From positions 78,788,085-78,852,084 of the forward strand of contig NC_068981.1 in the NCBI RefSeq assembly GCF_001194135.2: a DNA stretch of 64,000 nucleotides, written 5' to 3'. This document shows positions 24,751 to 37,850 of this stretch, one piece after another; position 1 is the first letter of the stretch; every line of letters starts with the position of its first letter. A program made the position numbers and the translations under genes. Below the pieces are notes generated by a model. The model had not been told where the DNA came from. It saw only the letters and a list, made by a program, of their open reading frames with translations, and did no database searches. Source of the stretch: Octopus bimaculoides (Eukaryota).

Positions 24751-27346
24751 CTTTCTCTATTCCCGAGCGTTAAACTAATACATCCTTTTGTTGTTTACAC
24801 CACCTGTCCTCGTCTGTTGTTGCTTTTTTCGTAAATTCTCCCTTATATATATTCAATAGTTTCAAAACACAAGAAAAAGACTTACAACTGAAAGCTGACA
24901 AATTAAGAGTGTTCTAAAAGTATAACAACCAGAATAAGAATGGGGTGGGTGAAGTTCAAGGAGTATTATCTTTGAAGGACAATTGCAAGTGACTTGTGTA
25001 CAAAGTGTGATACTGTACGATTGCAAAACATTGACACTGAATGCAGAGAGTGTGTGAAGGAAGGAAAGAATTGAAGTGAACATGCTCTGCTGGATGTATA
25101 ATGTTAATGTGCATGAATAATTGAATACAAATGAGCTAAAATAAAAAATTGTATATGAGGGAAGACTCAATAGAGAATGCAAGAGGGTAAGACTGAGTTA
25201 GCATTGACATTAGATGTGTTTAAAAGGAGACAGTGGGATAATGAAGTGCCAAAAACCCAAATGAGCTTACAAGGACATTATAGAAGAGGCAAACCAAAGA
25301 AGATATGAGGAGAAGCAGAGAAAGATGATCTGAAGAGGCTGAATGTCACAGAGATGACAAAGAACTGTATCAAGAAGTGAGATGCTATGCTGGAGGAAAC
25401 CCATCCAAGCTGTGCAAGCATAGAAAAATGGAGATGTGATGATGATGATGATTATGACGAAAAAGAAAATTTAAAGATATATATATATATATATATTATA
25501 AATCTTTTGATGCCAAGATTTTATGGTGTATCTAACTATAGATATGAACAAAACATTTCTTTTTACTATGACTCATATTCATCAAATAGAATAATATTTC
25601 CTTCACCTTTTGAATCTCAATTCTGCTCATTACTTTGTTTTGAAACTATATGGCATGACTATGTATGTTTACTCTCAAAAGCTAATAACATTAAAAAAAT
25701 AGAATGAGAGAATAATGTATTCCAAAATTTTGGATTCATTGTTTTGGGTCACAAAAGAAAGAGGTTTCTTAAAGGTTCTTCCACACCGTAGGCATATTTT
25801 GTTAAGGTGGACGGCATTATGTTTGGGATAAAATTTAGATGTACTACCACTGCCAAAAACAATTACAGCTAAAATCATTAAGCTTTCTATATTTAAGAAA
25901 AATGAAAGACATTTTGGAAGGTTGACCACCATTTTTTAAATTATTTTCTTTATTATTATGGTTGAAGATAATAAGAAAAAAATACAAAGAAAACAAAGAA
26001 AAAAGGAAAGCGAGAGAGAATGAGAGGGAAGGACAAAATGAAAATATGGAAACAACATTGAGAAAGAATAAACACAAGGAGATGGTGGAGGTAGACAGAC
26101 AAAGATTAAGATTATGTGTATGTGTGAAAGAGAGAGATACACACAAACACAAAGACACCTTGCCAGAAAATGTTGTTAATCATTCTACTAACATATATAT
26201 GAATGATTTCAAATGAAATATTTCAGTGGTATAAACTTAGTAACATTGGTAAAATACCAGAGACTATGCCTTTGGATTCAAACATTTATTCTTATATATA
26301 AAGTTAATTAATCCCACTTCCATTACCTGCAAGTCTAACTTTACAGGGTTAAAAAAAAAAACTTTTTTTTTTTTTTTTTTCCCCATTGGCACATAAAGAA
26401 AACAGTAAAACAGAAGTGTCAACCCTCATAATCAAACCACAAGGGAATACACAAGTAAACAGGTTTAATTGATAGGTGAGTAGCCTAAAGGTAATAAGCT
26501 TGGTAAGTTTAAATTAGAAACTTAATTATCATCTTCATCATTTAACATCCATCTTTCATGCTGGTATGGGCTGAAAGACTTGATAGGAGCTGGCAAGTCA
26601 GAAAACAGTCTGCTTTGGAATTGGTTTCTAAAGCTAGATGCCCTTCCTAACACCAACTATTTTACAGAGTGTACTGGGCACTTTTTACATGGCACCAGCA
26701 GCAATGAGTTCACCAAATAATTTACAAGACAAAATCTCACAACTTAATGTGGTAGTATTATTGAGGAATATGGCTTTATGACAGAGAACATCGAAGTCAG
26801 CATATGAGTAGAGGGGCAGAAATAGATGTTTTGCAGTAAAGGAGATACATGGCTATCTCCATTAAAACAGAGAGAGAAAGAGGAGAGGGGGAGAGACAGA
26901 GAAGAGAGAAAGGTGGTGAAGATGTGACAGAGGGTACACACACTAAAGTTAATGGGTGGGTAAGTTTGCAAGATTGTGAAAGGAGAAAGGTGGAAGGGAG
27001 GGGTTATCAGGAAGATTTGTTGTGAGGGAGGGAGAAATTCAACAGGGGAGATTAGGAAATGGGGGGGAAGGAGTACAGCAGGTGGGAAGGAAGAGGTATA
27101 AGGAAGATAGGGTGTGGAGGAGTGGTGAAGCAGAAACAACATTTTGGATGGGTAGATGTGTAACATTTCATTTATAATATAATTGATTTTGTATCAAATC
27201 ATTTATCATAATAACAATAACGATGATGATGATGATACAGTCATTATCATAATCATGAACCAGCCTGTAGTTGTTTCAACTGTTCAATATAGCCAAAATT
27301 CTCTCTCAGCAAAATTTCTACAGCCTTTCAAATCGGAAATATAAGT

Positions 27347-27506
27347 AGGCACAAGCATGACTGTGTGTTAAGAAGCTTGCTTCCCAACTACAGTTTCAGA
27401 TTTGCTCCCACTACATGGCATCTTGCACAAGTGTCTTCTATTATAGACCCAGGCCAACCAAAGCCTAATGAGTCGATTTGTTACACAGAAACTGAAAGAA
27501 GCCTGT

Positions 27507-27568
<62 letters not shown>

Positions 27569-27838
27569 CATACATATGCATGTGCATGTGCATGTTACTG
27601 TCTCGTCTTGACACCATATGATAGTTGTAAACAAGTGCCACTGTCAAGTAAGTGGTCTCCTTGATTTCCAATCTTTTGTGAAAACCTGTCTGGACATGGA
27701 GGAATATTATCCAATACAGAAAAAGGTGAGAGCTGGTATCAAGAACTACATCTTAGCATAAAAACTTCATCTCAATAAATTCTGTCTGACCCATATAAGT
27801 GTGGGAAGGTGGGCTTTAAAACCATCATGATGGCGATG
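27347..27838 (+). mobile_element. tRNA/CORE-type SINE: head, (TG)n hinge, RTE-derived tail
   Basis: Head AGGCACAAGCATGACTGTGTG..GAAACTGAAAGAAGCC, (TG)n at 27508-27566, and a tail ending CATGATGGCGATG. Confidence 0.82.
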
Positions 27839-28833
27839 CAATCATTCTAAAATCTTAGAACAACATAGCTCTCAAATATTATTTCTATGCTAAAGATCCA
27901 CTCAGACCACAGCCAATAGCGGATACAATTCAAAAACAGTATCACTACTGTCATCAATTTAATAATTGAATTTCTATACAAATATAAACTGAATAGCATA
28001 TCAATAAAGTATGTATCCATGTGTCCTGATCCAGTCTCAGAGTCATCTCAGATCACTGTCAGGTCACATTTAACTCATGTCTGTTATAATGAAGTACAAT
28101 GGTTGTGAAGTTAAATATTAGATCACTAACTACATAGATACAAATATATTACTACAGTCTTTATGAATGTTTCTATGACCCTGAGCAAGACATGTAACTT
28201 TGCTTGCTGTAGTTAGCCCTGATCAAGCAGACAGATCTAAGATTTAAAGGTGTTCCAATTAAGAATATCACACCTTTTTATATTACTGTCTAATGTATTC
28301 TTACCTTTTTAAAACAGTAGGGTATAATATAAAGGAATTTGGTTGCTATTTCAAGCACAGAGGCTTCCTTATTGGCTTGTGCCAACTCTAATTTATTTGA
28401 TTGGCAAAAGTCAAATTCCACTACTGATTTGCATTTCATATCCTTTCAAACTCCAGTTCAGAAGGACATCCAGCTTAGAGCAGATTGATATCCAACAAAC
28501 AAGCTAGCTCAACCATTTAAATGGACATAAACCAGTTAACAGCTATTAAAATATACAGACGCTTTTTATTTTTCTACCACAAACTAGTGCAAAGACTAAT
28601 GTAAAAATGCATGGCCTTTCTTAGTAAAAGATATCAATTAATGTATGATTAGCTCAATAGATTCCAAAAGACAGGCATTGGTAAAGTTAATTGAGATAGT
28701 TACAACCAAGAAACAAGATTTGGGTCACAGATTCAATTCACCCAGAGCTTACAAAGATAATTAAGATGTGATGTAATAGCACAAACATATGACATCATGT
28801 TTATATATTAGGAAGAACTTTTGAGGTTATATA

Positions 28834-28868
<35 letters not shown>

Positions 28869-29460
28869 NNNNNNNNNNNNNNNNNNNNNNNNNNNNNNNN
28901 NNNNNNNNNNNNNNNNNNNNNNNNNNNNNNNNNNNNNNNNNNNNNNNNNNNNNNNNNNNNNNNNNNNNNNNNNNNNNNNNNNNNNNNNNNNNNNNNNNNN
29001 NNNNNNNNNNNNNNNNNNNNNNNNNNNNNNNNNNNNNNNNNNNNNNNNNNNNNNNNNNNNNNNNNNNNNNNNNNNNNNNNNNNNNNNNNNNNNNNNNNNN
29101 NNNNNNNNNNNNNNNNNNNNNNNNNNNNNNNNNNNNNNNNNNNNNNNNNNNNNNNNNNNNNNNNNNNNNNNNNNNNNNNNNNNNNNNNNNNNNNNNNNNN
29201 NNNNNNNNNNNNNNNNNNNNNNNNNNNNNNNNNNNNNNNNNNNNNNNNNNNNNNNNNNNNNNNNNNNNNNNNNNNNNNNNNNNNNNNNNNNNNNNNNNNN
29301 NNNNNNNNNNNNNNNNNNNNNNNNNNNNNNNNNNNNNNNNNNNNNNNNNNNNNNNNNNNNNNNNNNNNNNNNNNNNNNNNNNNNNNNNNNNNNNNNNNNN
29401 NNNNNNNNNNNNNNNNNNNNNNNNNNNNNNNNNNNNNNNNNNNNNNNNNNNNNNNNNNNN

Positions 29461-29686
29461 GTGGCACATGAGATGCACCATTTTGAGCGTGGCCGTTTTC
29501 GTGCGGGTGACACGTAAAAGCACCCACTACACTCTCTGAGTGGTTGGCGTTAGGAAGGGCATCCAGCTGTAGAAACTCTGCCAAATCAGACTGGAGCCTG
29601 GTGTTGCCATCCGGTTTCACCAGTCCTCAGTCAAATCGTCCAACCCATGCTAGCATGGAAAGCGGACGTTAAACGATGATGATGAT
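29461..29686 (+). mobile_element. Young RTE-LINE 3' UTR/tail copy
   Basis: CpG-intact. GGTTGGCGTTAGGAAGGGCATCCAGCTGTAGAAAC..CCCATGCTAGCATGGAAAGCGGACGTTAAACGATGATGATG. Near-identical to the reverse copy at 49987-50106. Confidence 0.85.
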
Positions 29687-29759
29687 ATATATAAAGAGGA
29701 GGAGGGGAGAGAGAGAAATAGAAGATACAGTTATGTTCTATGTACATCTATAGATAAGG

Positions 29760-31204
29760 AGTGGGTTTGTAAGCAAAAGATCTGAAAATTTTCATGGTGA
29801 GAAAGTGGTGATGAAAAGATTTTGAAGATAATAGTTTCAAAAATCAACACCAGGATTTAAAGCTTCCAAAAATTGTCTGATGCTTCTTTTGGTGGGGAAT
29901 ACTATGTGATATCAAATTAAAGCCTCTACATGTGTACCACTATGAAAATCTAAGAGCTTTTAAGGATTACACAATCTCTAGCATTCAAATAAGAAAATAT
30001 GGATGACTAAGAGCCTTTTCAAAGAGTAGTTTACAAACGCTTTTGTCTTGCTGTACAGTGCCAGACATTATCCCAACAAAGTATTGTTTCTTTTAGACAA
30101 TATACTGAGCCACCCACTTAACTTTGATGGCCTTTCTGATAATGTGAGAGTAGAATATATCCCCAAGAACACAACTTCTTTGCTCCAGCCAATGGATCAA
30201 CATATGATAGCTAACTTCAAGGCATATTATATGAGAAGAACTTTCAAACAGCTTTTGAAATTAATTGACAGGTAGGATAGACCTACAGTTAGAGATTTCT
30301 GGAAGAAATTCAACTTAATGGATACTGTGGATAATATAGCTGATTCATGAGATGAAGTGAAACCTTAAACTTTGAATGGTGCTTGGAAAAGTATGTGGCC
30401 AGACATTAGAAGTTTTCCTCAACAAAAATATTGTGACACTTGCAGAGGATAAAGGATTTGAAGAAGTCAGAGGATGAATGTGATTGAGTTGTTGGTGTCC
30501 CAGAAAGTTTATCTAACAAGGATTGATGTTGTTAGAAAAAGAAAAAGCTGAGAAAATAAAGGAGACAATGGAAGTTCCACCTACACCACTTAAGCTGACA
30601 ATAAAAATTACTGTTAAAGGGTTGACACTTACAGAAGAAGGTCAGCAGGTTTTTGCTTATAACAATTCTAATCATGAATGTAACATAAAAATTACAAGAG
30701 GAGTTTACAATGAGCTCAGTTTCTTAACTGAGCTATACAAAGAGGTGATGCGTCATAAACAACAAACAACTTTGGATAAGTTCTTCATCTCTCAAGCTGA
30801 TGTTTGTGATAATGAACAATAACTGAGTAAATATTATCCTTCATCCTCTTAATAACGCTCATTCCACCACCACTCCCTCACACAGTAGTTAATATCTTTT
30901 GTGGAAAGAACATACTCTTACAATATTATGATTCTTATTAATTCCCCAACTTATTCCTCTAAATATTTTTGTATTTTTTATGTATATCACACTGTATATT
31001 TAGAAATAGTTATTTTCATGTATAAAGGTGATTGTGTTGCTTGTTCTTCTTTGTTTTTCTTGTGCTTCTTTTTATTTTTTTTTTTTTTTTAATTCCATAG
31101 GAACACAATCTCACTTGATAATATGAAAGTCAATAAAAAGATTAATTTCACATAACGACCAGATTTTCAGGAATGCAATACTTCCTTAAAGCAAGGAACT
31201 CCTG
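29760..31204 (+). mobile_element. Tigger/pogo (TIGD1-like DDE_1) transposon remnant with 3' TIR
   Basis: PGFKASKNCLMLLLVGN, NKVLFLLDNILSHP..VRVEYIPKNTTSLLQPMDQHMIANFKAYYMRRTF, and KQQTTLDKFF. The 3' end AAGCAAGGAACTCCTG|TA reads TA|CAGGAGTTCC on the reverse strand. No 5' TIR seen. Confidence 0.9.
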
Positions 31205-32633
31205 TATCTTGTTTGTGAGCGTGTTATGCTTGGAAGGGAAAGAGATAACAATTCCTCAAAATATTAATGCATCTCAGATTCTATATGATCCTAAACATTT
31301 TTAGAAATAAGAACAGAAAAACTTCCCTGTGATTATCAAATTATATTATATGAGATAAACTTGAATATGACATTTGGACATTTCCAAAAACATTAGTCTC
31401 TACAAAACCTCACAGCACAGAATACTTTACTACAACTTTGAATTTCCAAACTGATTTCTTGCTGACTTAGTACTAACCCAGTCATTCCTAATGATTCTCC
31501 TCATTTATTCAAGGACATTAAATTCAGGCTGGGCTACAAAGCAAAGAAAAAAATCCAGGGAGTATGAAAACCCAACAGAGGAAACTGAGAAAGGTGCTGT
31601 TCACTCCTAAGTCATTCCAGTAGTGACCATTCTCATCCCTTTCTACATTTAGGTTTAAATAGTTCAGTGTCATTCCTGTATTTTTTTTTCTTTTACAGAT
31701 GGTCACTAAAATTATCAGATGGTTTACACACAATAAAAATTGTAAATATTTTCGAAATTTAAAACATTTATCTATCACCCAATGCTCTAGTATACTCTTT
31801 ATACCCAGTACCCATATAAAATTTTCCACTGCCTCCTCCAGGGCTTGGTACCATCCACTTTGAGAAGCTGAAGACAAAATAAAGAAACCTATACACACTT
31901 AGGATAAATTAATCAAAGGAAAACCAGAATATATGACACGGTTTAGTATAACCCTTTTAATATCAACCAACAAGAGATAGCCCAGGGTTCTATGATACAT
32001 GCCATTTAAATTAAAACCTTCCACAAAAATTTCATGTTAATTTATATTCCAAACACCAAATTAATAATGACAAAGTTACCTTTCTAAATTGTTTATTTTC
32101 AAAATTGATCAAAACAAAAAAAAATGTATTTTAAAAGAAATATGCTAAGGAAAGTGTTAAGATATAATTTTTTAAAAATAGCTAAAAAATGTGCAACAGA
32201 GGAGTTAATATTTGAAAATCAAATGCCATCAATTTCTGCTCCTACACATGTACTGCCACTATCATTGCCAATTCCCAGAGAAGATACTGTGACAGTCACT
32301 TTCTAAGATGAAGATGGTGATCCTGACATCCAATTTCCTGATATTTAATACTACTTACCTGTAAATTCCAACTCTTCACTAGAAATGACAGAATTGTTGT
32401 AACTGTACTTTTGATTTTATGTGTTCTTCATTAAAATTTCACTTGCTTTTCACTTAAAGTTTCCTTTTCCATTTATCAATCAACCCATACTGATTTACAG
32501 GGTATTTTAAATGGTAGGATGAGGTAGTCAGGCAAACTTAACGTTGCTAATGTAACAACTGGCGGTGTGGCAAACTCACTAATCTGGCACTCCACATGTC
32601 CCATTGATACCAGATTAGCATGGATCAACTGAT

Positions 32634-32679
<46 letters not shown>

Positions 32680-32729
32680 TCCTCACATGTACACTGAGCA
32701 ATACAAAAGCATTATATATCATTATCCTT

Positions 32730-33142
32730 TTATCTTTTACTTGTTTCAGTTATTAGACTGTGGCCATGCTGGGGCACTGCTCTTGAAGATTTTTGGGCCA
32801 ATTAAAACCCCAGTACTTTTTTTTTTTTTTTGCTTTCTTGCTAAGCCTGGTACTCATTCTATCAGTGCCTCTTGCTGAATTATTAAGTTACAGGGACATA
32901 AACACATCATCGCCAGTTGTCAAGCAGTGGTGGAAGACAAACTCAGGGACACACATGACAGGCTTCTTCCAGTTTTCATATCTACCAAATCCACCCACAA
33001 GGCTTTGATCGGCCTGAGGCTAAGGTGCCACGCGGTAGGACTAAAACCCAGTATGGCACCTTGGGTAAGTGACATCTACTATGCCCTTGGACCAACCAAA
33101 GCCTTGTGAGTGGATCTGGTAGACAGAAACTGGAAGAAGCCC
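32730..33142 (-). mobile_element. tRNA/CORE-type SINE with a short inverted duplicate of its head
   Basis: Reverse SINE at 32730-33070, then GCCTTGTGAGTGGATCTGGTAGACAGAAACTGGAAGAAGCC in the opposite orientation at about 33100-33142. Confidence 0.8.
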
Positions 33143-33424
33143 AAATTTTAATTTAAATAATATTAAACATATCATTGTATAAACAGCCAAATGAAAAAGG
33201 GAATTGTATTGGTGGAACTCATATCTATCACTAGCAGGGATTCTACACGACTTGATTACACCAAATATATTCTTGGGTGGGATTGGTCTTCATAAATACA
33301 TCAAACCAAGGCATGGTATCTAGCTATATTAGATCTTAGCTGGATGAAAATGAACTTAGCTAACAAATTACCAGGGATGCAGGTGAGGTACTGCAGAGCT
33401 TGAACTCATTTATGTTTTTCCAGT

Positions 33425-33790
33425 ATTATCATGGGTTTGGACAGGGAGTTATTGAGGCCTGGATTTTGCGACCAGACACTCTTCCTGTCACCAACTCTCA
33501 CCTGTTTTGAAGAGATTTCTTTTTATTCCAGAGGTTTCCAAAAATGTAGAGCAACTGGTCATAATGTCAACAAAGAATGTTGACATTACCCCTACGGCAC
33601 TCAACAAGCGGCAAGTATGGAACATGAATATTATATATTGGATGAGCTTCCTGCAGTTTTCCATCTACTAAATTTCATAAGACATTGGTCAGTACAGGGC
33701 TATAACAGTAGGCATCAAAGGTGCTGAGCAGTGAGATTGAATCCAAAACCATGTGGGTGCAAATTAAACTTCTTAATCACACAGCTGTGT
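33425..33790 (-). mobile_element. Degenerate SINE head plus RTE-type tail
   Basis: TTCCTGTCACCAACTCTCACCTG tail and CTACTAAATTTC..GGCTATAACAGTAGGC..AACCATGTGG head. Confidence 0.65.
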
Positions 33791-36009
33791 CCTGAATATC
33801 AAGTGTATATACAATAACTGCCTTCATATCAAAATATTTAAGCAGACATTTACACTTAATTAGAGAGAGAACAAAACATAAATACAATGTTGTATAATTA
33901 GTAACATGATCACCTAGCAAGTAATAGATAAGTGGTCCAAGCAGGTTATCTACCACATAAGGTTCACAATTGCCAAAATATTCAGATATTGAAGGTTTTC
34001 TTGTTTTGTTTTGTTTTTTTTTGTTTGTTTTTTAATATATAAGCAAACAAAAAACAAACTGAAGAAGTCCTGAATATTTTGAAGGACATGAAATCAAAGT
34101 AAACTTTAATTACCTGCTTCACTGAATTAGACATCATAGATCAGTGACAAGAAATGTTCCTTACCTGGAAATAGAAAGAAGAAATAACTATGTTACTTTG
34201 CAATAATGGAAAATAATATAATAATGGTGATATAATGCTACTGTATTTTTCTTCTTTTTTTTTAGTACAAAACAAAACCAAATTTTGCATGCAAAGGGGG
34301 TTATTATAATTAGTTGCAATCATCTTAAGTTATTTCAGATATTATTTTTATTTCACCAACCCCAGTGAGATAAGATAACTAAGAACTGAAAGAGACAAAA
34401 CTAAATACTGTAATAATGCAATTTAATTCTGTCCTACTTTTTCTCCTACACATAAACACAAGGTCAATAAATGATATTGATTTCTTTTGACTAAGCCCAA
34501 GGCCAATTTTTTCTGGAGCAAGAGAGTAAAATTAATTGAATAAACCCAAGTATATTACTAGTACTGCTGTTAATCACTCTGTAATGAAGGGAGAGCAAAA
34601 AATTACAACATAGAATGTAAGTAGATGGAACTAAGTTCTGATAACATATTTAATCTAATAGTCTTACTGCTTTAGCCACCTCATAATGATAATGTATAAG
34701 TTGTGGTTTCTGTAACAGTGAAAATGATTGAGGTGGTGACAGGGGGTGACAATACTGGTGATGGTGGTGGCAGTAGTAGCGGTTACATAAAGAATCAAAA
34801 CTACCATGTAAATTAATTGTGAGACATGAAACCTCAAATCCACAGGAATACATTATGCAGCTGTTGGAATGACTGGCATAGAGTAATCTTTTCTCCATTT
34901 TGCTTTGTTTTAAATACCAATAAAGTATGGCTTCTTTCAGCAGCTATATAAACTTGGAAAGAATGAGATATGCAACTAATAGTAGCTACTACATGTGACT
35001 AAAATAACTCCAAATCATGTTTATCATTCCAATTCAAACTGAAAAAAACCATCAAGACTTGCAGCTTGCTTAGGACAGATAAATGTCAGTTTCTGACATC
35101 TATTGTTAACACAATTCATCAAAATACATGCATTTATAGGATTCTTATAATCATTTCTTAAGTTGATTTTATAGCAAAAACGAACTGGATCATAAGTTTT
35201 GATGGCCTTGACCACCTAAGCAGAAAATGGATAGATATCATAATAAGTACAGCTCATCACTGTATGAAGTGAGAACACTACATAATTGATGAGAGCTTTG
35301 TTAGCTTGCAGTCCTGGGATCCTATAAATATGAATGACTTCAGCAATAAGAAACAACTCCTCTAGGGATTGCCAAGAGATATTGAAATTAGTTAGCATGT
35401 CAGAAGTTCCATCTCCCTATTTCACCCAAGAACACCCTTAAAGATATACCTCAGTACAAAAATGAACAAGGTAAAAAAAAAAACACATGCACACACACAT
35501 ATAACACATACAACATAAGTAAGGTAAGGAAAAACATCATGACCAATATTAAAAATGAAGACAGTGCTGGTAGTAATAGATGAAAAGAAGAAAAATGAGA
35601 GAAAATCCTTGCTTTATCCCAATTGATAGCTACCTGCAAACTTCAGGTTTTAAAGCAATCAAAACTAAAACCTTCCAACCAAATTTCAAGTTAACTTATA
35701 TTCCAAATGCCAGTTTTATCAAATTTTTCATTATTTTAAAAATTAACTGAAAGAAAGGTCATATATTTCAACCGAAGTATGGTAACAAAAGGGTTAAAAT
35801 GAGAAAGGAAAATCACAGCAATCTGTTCACATCACAGTGAAGTACATACAATACACTGACTGGCTAGTGTCCTTAAATATAAATAATAACTTGATGAGGG
35901 AATACCAACACAAAATATAGGTGAATATTCAAATTCAAGAAATCAGAATAGCATTATGGATCAAACTTGAAACATGTTTGTTTCCTTGAACAAGAATAAG
36001 TGAGAAATT

Positions 36010-36270
36010 ATCATCATCATCATCATCATCATCATTATTTAATATCTGTTCTACATGCTGGCATGGGTTAAATGACTTGACAGGAGCTGGCCAGATGGAG
36101 GACTGACCAGGCTCCATTTCATCTGCTTTGGCATGGTTTCTACAGCTGGATCCCTTTCCTAATGCCACCCACTTTACAGAGTGTACTGGGTGCTTTTACA
36201 TGGCACCAGTACCTGTCACTTTTACATGGCACCAGCACGGCACTTTTAAGTGGTACCAGCACTGGTGCTT
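36010..36270 (-). mobile_element. RTE-LINE 3' tail copy
   Basis: (CAT)n, then TTTCTACAGCTGGATCCCTTTCCTAATGCCACCCACTTTACAGAGTGTACTGGGTGCTTTTACATGGCACC. Confidence 0.8.
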
Positions 36271-36428
36271 TTACATAACACTAGCACAAGAAAAGAAATA
36301 TCATAGCATTTCAGACAGAATGATAAACATTTCTTTTCCTCTTGGCATAACCTTACTTTCAACATTTCATTGACACAGAATTTTTCTATCATACACTTCA
36401 CATGGCATTTTTGCATCACCTGCTCCTT
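36263..36428. repeat. Left arm of 166-bp near-identical inverted repeat
   Basis: Reverse complement of 38253-38418 with about 3 mismatches by eye. Confidence 0.92.
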
Positions 36429-36534
36429 TCTATCTAGTAAATTAGTTCTCTCTCTCTCTCTCTTTCTCGTTAGATATTTATTGTTCAATGTTAAGTACAG
36501 CATTTCGAATCTCATCATATAGTATTCTATATGG

Positions 36535-36748
36535 TATTCTTTTATTCTTTTACTTGTTTCAGTCACTTGACTGTGGCCATGCTGGAGCAGGGCCTCTAGT
36601 CGAGCAAATCAACCCCAGGACTTATTCTTTGTAAACCTAGTACTTATTCTATCAGTCTCTTTTGCTGAACTGCTAAGTTATGGGGACGTAAATACACCAG
36701 CATCGGTTGTCAAGCAATGGTGGGGGGAACAAACATACACACACATAC

Positions 36749-36779
<31 letters not shown>

Positions 36780-36905
36780 ATGGGCTTCTTTCAGTTTCCG
36801 TCTACCAAATCCACTCACAAGTCTTTGGTCGGCCTGAGGTTATAGTAGAAGACACTTGCTCAAAGTGCCACGCAATGGGACTGAACCTGGAACCATGTGG
36901 TTGGT
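36535..36905 (-). mobile_element. tRNA/CORE-type SINE (non-RTE tail)
   Basis: Tail-hinge-head sequence matching 18155-18542. Confidence 0.92.
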
Positions 36906-37634
36906 AGGCTTCCTCATTGTCTTGACTTGGAGCCTCTGCACAAGTTTTCAAATTGCCAGAAATAGTAGCTAAATTTTTTTTTGAGTTACACCCTACCATC
37001 TTAAAAAAGAAAAAAACATCTGAATGGCACATTGAACCAAGATGTCTACTAAAAGACAAGTTGTGGGCTTGAACAGAGAAGACCTGGTTTTGTACAGCAT
37101 TTCTTCTTCGAAAAAAGAAAAAAATATGTACATAATTATAGGTATGTAAAGCAACTGTACTAATAAAACTGATAAGAGAGGAGCACATCCTTTTTCATAA
37201 ATTCAATAAAGTATACTAAACTTCAGCTAGAATCAAAATGTCATCATTTGCTTTGCATTAAACAATGAATACATTTCTACCAAAACAGAAAAAAAGGGGG
37301 GGGGGGTTCTTCAAGATAAAAAAACAGAAAGAAAATGACATTATATGAAAATGATACAAAAAAAACTATGATTCAGGAATTACGTGTGAAGACGTTTATC
37401 ACCATTGCTAACTTATAAACAAGCCTTCGGATGTTGGCCAAAGATAGGACCAGGCTATAGTAGACTAATTCAACTATACAGCAGATGCAGTTTCATCATA
37501 ACCAGTTTCAATGAACTTTACCATAAAAAAAAAATAATAATGATTTTACAACATTTAAGTGAAGTCTGAGGTTTTATATATAATGATAAATACAGTGAAA
37601 ATGGTTGTAAAGAGAAGGTCATCTATGATAGTGG

Positions 37635-37850
37635 TCATCATCATCATCATTTTAATGTCCACTTTTCCATGCTCACATGGGTCGGATAGAATTTGTTGAG
37701 ACAGATTTTCTATGACTAGATGCCCCCTATCACTAACCCCCACCTGTTTCCGAGTAAAGTAATATTTCCCTGGAAATGAAGGACACTGCTTGTATATCAG
37801 TGACACTCATTTACAAATATCACATGATGTCAAGACAAGGAGACAGTAAC
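37635..37850 (-). mobile_element. RTE-type SINE tail fragment
   Basis: (CAT)n TTTAATGTCCACTTTTCCATGC..TTTTCTATGACTAGATGCCC..GTCAAGACAAGGAGAC. Confidence 0.7.

Noticed and set aside
28801-29620. Long ORFs of 216-270 aa (similar cases at 19102-19582, 48228-48587 and 60016-60578)
   Set aside because: They are made of N runs translated as X.
31698-31745. Plus-strand acceptor followed by WSLKLSDGLHTIKI, superficially like the FAIM N-terminus
   Set aside because: The similarity is short, the frame closes soon after, and the expected downstream FAIM motif is absent.
35024-35398. Two in-frame minus-strand ORFs separated by a single TAG that also looks like an acceptor (CTGCTTAG|GTGGTC)
   Set aside because: No recognisable domain and no convincing donor, so readthrough or exon status is unsupported.
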